Positions 1 to 6,469 of a stretch of DNA of 32,000 nt are shown piece after piece. Under the pieces are notes generated by a model, which saw only the letters and a list, made by a program, of their open reading frames with translations, was not told the DNA's origin and searched no databases. Both the position numbers and the translations under genes were made by a program. Source of the DNA: Dubosiella newyorkensis (GTDB lineage: Bacteria > Bacillota_I > Bacilli_A > Erysipelotrichales > Erysipelotrichaceae); assembly GCF_001945605.1 (NCBI RefSeq), contig NZ_MPKA01000060.1, forward strand, positions 1 through 32,000. Reading direction: 5' to 3'. Position 1 is the stretch's first letter; each line of letters opens with the position of its first letter.

Positions 1-204
1 AAGCTGGATTCATAGAGATACACTTCTTTCTATCTATCTTTATTATTGAAACGCTTTATTGTTTAAGTGTTAAATGATTTGAACAAGTCATTTGAGCAAA
101 GGCGGATTATTTAGGATAATCTATATAGTTATTACACAGTAGTTCGTCAAACAGATTTTTATGTATAGATAATCAACTATACTCTCTATAAGCAAGAATG
201 ATTT

Positions 205-247
205 AAAAGGCAGAATTTCATTTTATTTAAAGCAAATTCTGCCTTTT
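205..247. terminator. Symmetric hairpin with an A-run on one side and a T-run on the other; possible bidirectional intrinsic terminator
   Basis: Perfect 14-nt inverted repeat AAAAGGCAGAATTT (205-218) / AAATTCTGCCTTTT (234-247), read directly from the sequence. Confidence 0.5.
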
Positions 248-305
248 GGATAAGAAATAATTAAAAATAACGCATAATTCATCAAATATCATATTAATTA
301 AAGAA

Positions 306-572
306 ATGAGAATTGAAAAGATCATGAAAAAAAATATAATTCCTATACTGTTAAGATATCTAAGTTTCGTAAGTCTGATTGCTGCGGGGATAGCTATCCT
401 ATTAAAATTCGAAAGAAATCTGCAAATCAGCTATTTTCAATTTAGTTTATTTTTGATCGTTTATTCCTGTTTGATCAACATCGCAAGAGAAAAAACAATT
501 TCAAAAAACAGTTATTTATATCTTTCTTATCTAGTTTGTATTATATATGCCATATTTATTATTATCTTATGA
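306..572 (+). CDS. Small integral membrane protein (88 aa, about 3 hydrophobic segments), function unknown
   Basis: ORF-track ORF. The translation is strongly hydrophobic. A paralogous copy lies about 592 nt downstream. The SD is weak and the context is AT-rich. Confidence 0.55.
   Translation: MRIEKIMKKNIIPILLRYLSFVSLIAAGIAILLKFERNLQISYFQFSLFLIVYSCLINIAREKTISKNSYLYLSYLVCIIYAIFIIIL
399..560 (+). repeat. Copy A of a direct repeat of about 160 nt (3' two thirds of the small membrane protein gene)
   Basis: By-eye alignment with 991-1152 gives roughly 85 percent nucleotide identity. The proteins align as LLKFERNLQISYFQFSLFLIVYSCLINIAREKTISKNSYLYLSYL versus LLKFERSQQANYYQFSLFLIVFFCLINIAREEKISKNSYLYLSYL. 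Confidence 0.8.
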
Positions 573-759
573 ACGCTACAAAGAAACGGTGAAATCCAGT
601 GAATAAAAGTTGTTCTCAAAGACGAAACAATTCTTGAAATCTATGTTTCGAAAGAAAAGACAAAGCTTAGCACTGATCAATATATCAATGATCGGAAAAT
701 CGCGGATGAAATCAGACAAATAGTATAATCTATACTGAATGATCCGAGAGGTTTGATCT

Positions 760-1179
760 ATGCTTACATTTTCTAAAAATAAGAGGTTTCTTTTAATCTT
801 TTCCATAGTTTTTATATCTTTAATTGCTTATTGACTGGACCAAAGAAAAACGAGTGAAGATTCATGCCTTCGTTTTAATAACAGGTTAAAGATCAGGGAA
901 TTCAAGAAAATATCTCAAACTCCTGTACGAATTGACTATTCTACTCAATGATAGAAGCACCTTTCCAATAGCTTGAGAATTATAGCTTTTCTATTGAAGT
1001 TCGAAAGAAGCCAACAAGCGAACTATTATCAATTTAGTTTGTTTTTGATCGTTTTTTTCTGTTTGATCAATATCGCAAGAGAAGAAAAAATTTCAAAAAA
1101 CAGCTATTTATACCTTTCCTATCTAAGTTGTATTCTATATACGCTATTTTTTATTTATGATTTAATCAGGAAGAACTAG
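760..1179 (+). pseudogene. Second, apparently disrupted copy of the 306-572 gene: an N-terminal fragment ORF (760-834, 24 aa) and a C-terminal ORF (973-1179, TTG start)
   Basis: ORF 973-1179 matches only the C-terminal two thirds of the 88-aa protein, and its frame is closed upstream by TAG at 952-954. A 24-codon ORF (MLTFSKNKRFLLIFSIVFISLIAY, SD GAGAGG 746-751) weakly resembles the first TM segment (VFISLIA versus SFVSLIA). About 140 nt separate the two pieces. The 3' piece could instead be a functional shorter paralog. Confidence 0.35.
991..1152 (+). repeat. Copy B of the direct repeat of about 160 nt
   Basis: Same by-eye alignment as copy A, offset by about 592 nt. Confidence 0.8.
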
Positions 1180-1225
1180 ACTCACATTCGAGCTCGAAGC
1201 ACTTCAAAAATTGGTATCTTAACAA

Positions 1226-1255
1226 TTGACAAACGCGAATAGGGAATAGTATATT
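1226..1255 (+). promoter_or_regulatory. Sigma-A-like promoter for rpmG-secE
   Basis: TTGACA (1226-1231), an 18-nt spacer, then TATATT (1250-1255), about 25 nt upstream of the rpmG ATG. Confidence 0.4.
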
Positions 1256-1280
1256 ATTTGAATGAAGGAGCGTGATTGAA

Positions 1281-1430
1281 ATGGCAGATAAAGTCACATT
1301 AGTTTGTTCAGAATGCTTCTCGCGAAATTATTCCACGACAAAAAACAAGAAAGTCAATGGACAGCGTTTGGAAATGCGTAAATTTTGTCCAAAATGCGGT
1401 AAACATACGTTGCATAAAGAAACTAAATAG
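1281..1430 (+). CDS. rpmG: 50S ribosomal protein L33 (zinc-ribbon form)
   Basis: 49-aa ORF below the ORF-track cutoff: [49 protein letters not shown]. It has CxxC...CxxC motifs and an SD (GAAGGAG) about 10 nt upstream. It sits in the classic position upstream of secE-nusG. Confidence 0.9.
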   Translation: MADKVTLVCSECFSRNYSTTKNKKVNGQRLEMRKFCPKCGKHTLHKETK

Positions 1431-1442
1431 AGGAATTTGAAA

Positions 1443-1640
1443 ATGAGTAAAACAAAAAAAGATTGGATGTTCTCCCCAAAAGGCGTCTTTGCGGAATTGA
1501 AACAAGTGCAATGGCCGACCTTTCCGGAATTGATGAAGACAAGCGGACTTGTGATTTCATTTACGGTCCTGTTCGGATTGTATTTCTTCCTTTGCGAAGT
1601 GATCTGCTCGAAATTCATCAGCTGGATCGTAGGACTTTAG
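1443..1640 (+). CDS. secE: Preprotein translocase subunit SecE
   Basis: Small protein with a basic N-terminus and a single C-terminal TM segment, located between rpmG and nusG. The ORF-track start at 1437 is TTG; the ATG at 1443 has SD GAGGA 8 nt upstream. Confidence 0.85.
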   Translation: MSKTKKDWMFSPKGVFAELKQVQWPTFPELMKTSGLVISFTVLFGLYFFLCEVICSKFISWIVGL

Positions 1641-1648
1641 CCAAAACG

Positions 1649-1678
1649 AGGAACCAACAAGCCGGTTCCTTTTTTTTT
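1649..1678 (+). terminator. Rho-independent terminator after secE
   Basis: AGGAACC (1649-1655) / GGTTCCT (1664-1670) stem followed by T8 (1671-1678). Confidence 0.65.
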
Positions 1679-1741
1679 GAAGTCCATATATGATAAAATC
1701 GAAGAAGAATCAGAGTATAGTGATAGAAGGAGATTAGTACG

Positions 1742-2293
1742 ATGAGTCAAGATGCAGAAAAGCTTTGGTACGTAGTGAATACTTACGCAGGACAAGAAAA
1801 CCGAGTAAAAGAAAACCTCGAACGCCGTATTCAAACGATGGGATTGGAAGATTCCTTGTTCGATGTCGTCGTAGCGGAAGAAACGGTCACAGAATATAAA
1901 AACGATAAAAAAGTCGAAAAGACACATAACTTGTTTTCCGGGTATGTGCTAGTACAAATGAAGATGACAGACGAAGCATGGTATGTCGTTCGGAATACGC
2001 CAGGTGTGACTGGATTTATCGGATCGAGCGGAAAAGGCGCCAAACCATTCCCGATTTCGCAAGAAGAAATCGAATCTGTATTCCGCCGCTTAGGCAAGAG
2101 CGAACAAAAACACGAAGTGGATTTCAAAGTCGGCGATATCGTGAAGATCTTACGCGGCGGATTTGAAGATTCCGAAGGAGAAGTCACCGCGATGAACGAT
2201 GAAAAACAAGAGGCGACTGTCATGGTCCTGTTCGCGAACCGCGAAACGCCAACCGACATCCCGTATGCTGATCTAAAGAAAGTAGAAGAATGA
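1742..2293 (+). CDS. nusG: Transcription termination/antitermination factor NusG
   Basis: 183 aa with NGN-type N-terminus WYVVNTYAGQENRVKENL and a C-terminal KOW region (FKVGDIVKILRGGFEDSEGEV). SD AAGGAG lies upstream. Confidence 0.95.
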   Translation: MSQDAEKLWYVVNTYAGQENRVKENLERRIQTMGLEDSLFDVVVAEETVTEYKNDKKVEKTHNLFSGYVLVQMKMTDEAWYVVRNTPGVTGFIGSSGKGAKPFPISQEEIESVFRRLGKSEQKHEVDFKVGDIVKILRGGFEDSEGEVTAMNDEKQEATVMVLFANRETPTDIPYADLKKVEE

Positions 2294-3066
2294 TGAAAAC
2301 GCTGCTTTTAGATCTAGATGGCACGATGTATCGCGGCACGCAGATCATTGAAAGTGCGAAAGCCTTGATCGACCAATGTGTTGAAAAAGGCGTCCCTTAT
2401 CTATTTTTAACGAACAATTCCATGCGGACCCGTCAAGAAAACGCGCTCCATATGGAAAAGATGGGCTATGAGCATATCAAGCCCCAGCAATTTTATAACT
2501 CCGCTATGGCCAGCGCTCAATACGCGGCAAAACATTTTAAACAACGAAAAGCCTACTACATCGGAGCCAATGGAATGAAAGAAGCATTGGAAGAGTCTGG
2601 GTTCACGATCACAGACAAAATCCCGGATTTTGTGTTTGTCGGTTTGAACAAAGAAATGAATTATCATGATTATTCAAAAGGGTTGGCGCATTTGCTCCAT
2701 GGCGCGAAGCTGATTGGCACCAACCAAGATCGGATCTTGGCCAAACCGGATGGTTTTGAGATTGGAAATGGCTCGATCGTCGCGATGTTCGAGTACGCTT
2801 CCAAGCAAGAAAGTCCGAAGATCGCCAAACCACATGCCCCTATCCTTGAATTATGCTTAGAAGCCAATGGCCTTACAAAAGAGGACGTGATTCTTGTGGG
2901 CGACAATTTGGAAACCGATATATCTTTAGGCTATAATAACGGTGTAGAAACCGTGTTTGTCGAAAGTGGTGTTCATAAAAGGGAAGACATCGCTTCTTTA
3001 GGCATCGAGCCCGATCATGTGATCTCGGATCTTTCGGAATTTCGATTCGAATGGCTCGAAAAATAA
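2290..3066 (+). CDS. HAD superfamily subfamily IIA sugar phosphatase (NagD/YutF-like)
   Basis: DLDGT nucleophile motif near the N-terminus (LLLDLDGTMYRG), LTNNS motif and C-terminal GDNLETDI motif. The ATG overlaps the nusG TGA (ATGA). Confidence 0.8.
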   Translation: MMKTLLLDLDGTMYRGTQIIESAKALIDQCVEKGVPYLFLTNNSMRTRQENALHMEKMGYEHIKPQQFYNSAMASAQYAAKHFKQRKAYYIGANGMKEALEESGFTITDKIPDFVFVGLNKEMNYHDYSKGLAHLLHGAKLIGTNQDRILAKPDGFEIGNGSIVAMFEYASKQESPKIAKPHAPILELCLEANGLTKEDVILVGDNLETDISLGYNNGVETVFVESGVHKREDIASLGIEPDHVISDLSEFRFEWLEK

Positions 3067-3075
3067 GCATGAAGT

Positions 3076-3084
3076 TGCTATAAT
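3076..3084 (+). promoter_or_regulatory. Extended -10 promoter element (TGcTATAAT) upstream of secG
   Basis: TGCTATAAT read at 3076-3084, 24 nt upstream of the secG start. No clear -35. Confidence 0.35.
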
Positions 3085-3107
3085 AAGAAAGTTATTAGAA
3101 AGAGTGA

Positions 3108-3344
3108 ATGAAAATGGAACAAACCCTAAATATAGTATTAATGGTCTTATCTGGAATTATTATTATCCTTACGTTGCTGCAAGGCGGTAAATCCGATGGT
3201 CTTTCAGCCGCTTTCACGGGAAGCGGCGATCTGAACCTATTCGCGGTAACGAAAGAGCGTGGACCAGAAAAAGTGATCAGTCGCATGACTTTAGTATGCG
3301 GAATCTTATTTTTCGCTTTGGTCATCGCGCTACAAATCGTTTAA
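3108..3344 (+). CDS. secG: Preprotein translocase subunit SecG
   Basis: 78 aa with two TM segments flanking the LLQGGKSDGLSAAFTGSG loop typical of SecG. It lies immediately upstream of rnr, as in many Bacillota. Confidence 0.85.
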   Translation: MKMEQTLNIVLMVLSGIIIILTLLQGGKSDGLSAAFTGSGDLNLFAVTKERGPEKVISRMTLVCGILFFALVIALQIV

Positions 3345-3347
3345 TTC

Positions 3348-3371
3348 AAAAAGGCCGAAAGGCCTTTTTTT
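3348..3371 (+). terminator. Rho-independent terminator after secG
   Basis: AAAAAGGCC (3348-3356), GAAA loop, GGCCTTTTT (3361-3369), with the T-run continuing to 3371. Confidence 0.8.
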
Positions 3372-3390
3372 CTGTATCAGGAGGTAAATT

Positions 3391-5523
3391 ATGCATCAAG
3401 AACTCATAGAACTATTGAAAAAAGACAGTCCGATCACATTGAAGGAGATCCAAGAAAAACTCAAGCTCACTTCAAGCGAAGATATTCGAAATATGATGAA
3501 CGAACTCAATGAATTGATCGAGCTGAAAGAAATATATACAGATCATCACCAGTATTATTACATCGACTCCGAAAACTATTTTATCGGCCGAGTCAAAGAC
3601 GTTTCTAAATTTGAACTCGCGATCATCAATCCAGACGGAAAGATCTATGTAGAAAAGAAAAATGCGAACGACGCCTTCGATAAAGATGAAGTATTGGTCA
3701 AGAAATCGAAAAAAGGAAACGAGATCGTCCATGTCTTTAAACGCGGTATCGAAAATATCACTGGAACATTCTTCAAAGATAAAGAGGGATGGCGTTTCCG
3801 TTCCGATGTCGACTTGCATACGACATTTAAAGTAGTCAACCAAAAAGAGTTTTCGCTTTCCAATAATGTCAAAGCGGTCGTGCAGATCGTAAAATACGGA
3901 CGACCTCTTGAAGTTAAGATCGTTCGTTTGATCGGTCCAGCCAACCAAGCGGGCGTCGATGTCACTGCCATTCTTTATGAAAACAACATTCGTCAAGAAT
4001 TCCCTGACGAAGTCATTCAAGAAGTAGAAAACGTGCCATCCACGGTACAAAAATCCGATTTAGAAGGAAGGACAGATTATCGGGATCTGTATACGGTCAC
4101 GATCGATGGAGACGATTCGAAAGACTTTGACGACGCGATCTCGATCGAGCGCACAAAAGATGGATATCGTCTATACGTCCATATCGCGGATGTATCAAAT
4201 TACGTGAAAGAAAACGCACCCCTTGATCAAGAAGCGTATAAAAGAGGAACGAGCGTGTATGTCGTGGATCGATGCGTACCGATGCTTCCTTTCGAATTGT
4301 CGAATGGGATCTGCTCATTGAATCCAGATGTCGATCGCTTAACGCTCACTTGCGCGATGGACATCAACAAAGAAGGTGTGGTCACAGATTATACGATCAC
4401 ACCATCGATCATTCACTCCGACAAACGCTGCACATATGCCAAAGTCAACGCCGTTTTAGATGGCGACGAAGAAACGATCAAAGAATATGGCGAAGCCGTA
4501 CCAATGCTTCAGCTTTTTGAAGAACTAGCTAAAAAGCTAAAAGCGCAGACCGACAAACGCGGCGCGATCAATTTTGCGACCAAAGAGCCAAAGATCGTCT
4601 TGAATAAAAAAGGAAAACCAGTCGATATTTTTGTGAAAGAACGAGGCTTTGCGGAACAAATGATCGAAGAAGCGATGATCCTAGCCAACGTTTGTGTTGC
4701 CAACTTCCTAAATTCTCAAAAGTATCCAGGCGTATATCGGGTCCACGAAAATCCAGATCCGGAAAAAGTGGAATCACTCTCTCAAATGGCCAAGATCTTT
4801 CATGTTCCATTTGAAGCCGATCTAAGCCATGTCAACGCTAAAGAGATCGAGCATTTCTTAAGCACGATCGATGACCAAAGCGTTCGTGATGTCTTATCGC
4901 TTGTCGCGCTTCGTTCGATGGCGAAAGCGCGCTACGACGCAAAAAATATCGGTCACTTCGGCTTATCGCTCGACGAGTATTGTCACTTCACTTCGCCAAT
5001 TCGAAGATATTCCGATCTGATCGTGCATCGGATGCTTCGACGCTACGCATTCGATCACGAGCAAAGCAAAAAAGTTCTTGAAAAAGATCGGTTGAAGACC
5101 CAAAAACAAGCGGTCCATATCTCAGAAAAAGAACGGGACGCGATCAATGCGGAACGATTTGTCAATGACTATAAAATGGCGCAATACATGGAAAAGCGTG
5201 TCGGCGAACAATTTAAGGGCACGATCATCAGCGTCATGAATTTTGGCTTCTTTGTCGAACTCGACAACACGATCGAAGGACTCGTGCCACTGCATACACT
5301 CATGGACGACTACTATAAGTACGATGAAGGAACGATGTCCCTTGTTGGAGAAACAAACGGCAAGAAATTCCAGATCGGCGATACGATCGATGTGATCTGC
5401 ACAGATGTCGATGTTCCAAAAGGACAAGTGACATTTGGAATCCTTCAAAACAGCACTCGAAAAGCGAAAGAACCATTGCAGTTTCCAAAAGAAAAAGATC
5501 GGAAATCAAAAGCAGTCAACTAA
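3391..5523 (+). CDS. rnr: Ribonuclease R (RNB-family 3'-5' exoribonuclease with C-terminal S1 domain and basic tail)
   Basis: 710 aa. RNB catalytic region (TIDGDDSKDFDDAISI, HFGLSLDEYCHFTSPIRRYSDLIVHR), S1 domain (GTIISVMNFGFFVEL) and SD AGGAGG upstream. Confidence 0.95.
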   Translation: MHQELIELLKKDSPITLKEIQEKLKLTSSEDIRNMMNELNELIELKEIYTDHHQYYYIDSENYFIGRVKDVSKFELAIINPDGKIYVEKKNANDAFDKDEVLVKKSKKGNEIVHVFKRGIENITGTFFKDKEGWRFRSDVDLHTTFKVVNQKEFSLSNNVKAVVQIVKYGRPLEVKIVRLIGPANQAGVDVTAILYENNIRQEFPDEVIQEVENVPSTVQKSDLEGRTDYRDLYTVTIDGDDSKDFDDAISIERTKDGYRLYVHIADVSNYVKENAPLDQEAYKRGTSVYVVDRCVPMLPFELSNGICSLNPDVDRLTLTCAMDINKEGVVTDYTITPSIIHSDKRCTYAKVNAVLDGDEETIKEYGEAVPMLQLFEELAKKLKAQTDKRGAINFATKEPKIVLNKKGKPVDIFVKERGFAEQMIEEAMILANVCVANFLNSQKYPGVYRVHENPDPEKVESLSQMAKIFHVPFEADLSHVNAKEIEHFLSTIDDQSVRDVLSLVALRSMAKARYDAKNIGHFGLSLDEYCHFTSPIRRYSDLIVHRMLRRYAFDHEQSKKVLEKDRLKTQKQAVHISEKERDAINAERFVNDYKMAQYMEKRVGEQFKGTIISVMNFGFFVELDNTIEGLVPLHTLMDDYYKYDEGTMSLVGETNGKKFQIGDTIDVICTDVDVPKGQVTFGILQNSTRKAKEPLQFPKEKDRKSKAVN

Positions 5524-5547
5524 ACCGGAACGATTCCGGTTTTTTTG
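5524..5547 (+). terminator. Rho-independent terminator after rnr
   Basis: ACCGGAA (5524-5530) / TTCCGGT (5534-5540) followed by a T-run. Confidence 0.8.
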
Positions 5548-5591
5548 TTTTGACCGATTTGGTATAGAATTTGGCATAGTTGGGTATTGAT

Positions 5592-5620
5592 TTGGCTTCT
5601 TCACTGAAAGCGATTACAAT
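5592..5620 (+). promoter_or_regulatory. Sigma-A-like promoter for the leader/ankyrin/EF-G-paralog unit
   Basis: TTGGCT (5592-5597), a 17-nt spacer, then TACAAT (5615-5620). Confidence 0.4.
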
Positions 5621-5648
5621 GGGTTCAAGAAGAAAAGAGGTGGTCGAA

Positions 5649-5717
5649 ATGACTAAATACAATGCTGGAAAAACTGTACTTGATCATGGATATCGACCTC
5701 TTTTTATGAGGAAATAA
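5649..5717 (+). CDS. Candidate 22-codon leader peptide (MTKYNAGKTVLDHGYRPLFMRK)
   Basis: ATG preceded by a strong SD, AAGAGGTGG (5635-5643). The stop UAA at 5715-5717 overlaps the base of the downstream terminator hairpin. Below the ORF-track cutoff, and I recognise no homology. Confidence 0.4.
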   Translation: MTKYNAGKTVLDHGYRPLFMRK

Positions 5718-5747
5718 CTGGAATGTCATTGGATCGTTCCAGTTTTT
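5716..5747 (+). terminator. Intrinsic terminator / attenuator between the leader ORF and the ankyrin gene
   Basis: AACTGGAA (5716-5723) pairs with TTCCAGTT (5737-5744), plus two further inner pairs. The T-run spans 5743-5747. Confidence 0.55.
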
Positions 5748-5784
5748 CTGTTTCTGATCATAAAAACGGGAGGAAATAAAAACA

Positions 5785-6456
5785 ATGGATCAAAATTTCA
5801 ACAAAGTATTTTGGGATGCATGTGCCAATGGCGATTTCCCTATGGTGTGCGCCCAAATAAAAACAGGAGCCGATGTGAATTATCAAAATGGAGATGGACG
5901 TTCTGCTTTGATGCGCGCGGCGAAACGCGACCGTAAAGATGTAGTCCAAGTCTTGATCGACAATGGAGCCGATGTCAACCTAACAGATAATAAAGGAAAG
6001 ACCGCGCTGATGGCTGCCGCAAAAAAAGGAAACAAGACGATCTGTAAAGCGCTGATCGACGCAGGAGCCGATGTCAACGCAAAAGACGACAATGGAAGAA
6101 CCGCGCTGATGCGTGCTGCTTTATTAGGGCAAGATCGTTGTGTTCAAACATTATTGGATGCTGGAGCGAATATCAATGAACAAGATGAAGCAGGCCGCTC
6201 GGCGCTGATGGAAGCATGCATCGCCTTCAAACGCGATACGATTGCTCTTCTTTTGGAAAGAAACGCGGATGTGAATTTATTCGACAACAATGGCTGCACC
6301 GCATTGATGCGTGCCGCGTATGGCGGCTATCCTTCTTTGATCGAAAAGCTTTTAGCCTTTGGAGCCGATAAAGATATGGAAGACAAGCAAGGAAATGTGG
6401 CTTTAAATTATGTAAGAGAACATTGCAGAGCTCAATTAGAGCCGCTCTTGAAATAA
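5785..6456 (+). CDS. Ankyrin-repeat protein (223 aa, no signal peptide or TM segment)
   Basis: Five full 33-aa ANK units plus N- and C-terminal capping units. The recurring pattern is G(R/K)(T/S)ALMxAAxxGxxxxVxxLLDAGADVNxxD. SD GGGAGG lies upstream. Confidence 0.9.
   Translation: MDQNFNKVFWDACANGDFPMVCAQIKTGADVNYQNGDGRSALMRAAKRDRKDVVQVLIDNGADVNLTDNKGKTALMAAAKKGNKTICKALIDAGADVNAKDDNGRTALMRAALLGQDRCVQTLLDAGANINEQDEAGRSALMEACIAFKRDTIALLLERNADVNLFDNNGCTALMRAAYGGYPSLIEKLLAFGADKDMEDKQGNVALNYVREHCRAQLEPLLK
5893..6387 (+). repeat. Five tandem 99-nt (33-aa) ankyrin repeat units inside the CDS
   Basis: Repeat borders read from the translation (aa 37-201): DGRSALMRAA..., KGKTALMAAA..., NGRTALMRAA..., AGRSALMEAC..., NGCTALMRAA... 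Confidence 0.8.
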
Positions 6457-6469
6457 GGAGGAAAGAAGC

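Noticed and set aside
576-806. 76-aa minus-strand ORF between the two small membrane-protein copies
   Set aside because: There is no SD before its ATG (AAAAACTATG). It sits in AT-rich sequence where chance ORFs are common, and I recognise no domain. I cannot exclude a real antisense product.
5524-5784. Search for smpB or tmRNA (ssrA), expected downstream of rnr
   Set aside because: The region is only about 260 nt. It has no GGGG...acceptor-like 5' end, no tRNA-like TpsiC arm (GGTTCGAATCC-type) and no SmpB-like ORF. The leader ORF and terminator explain it better.
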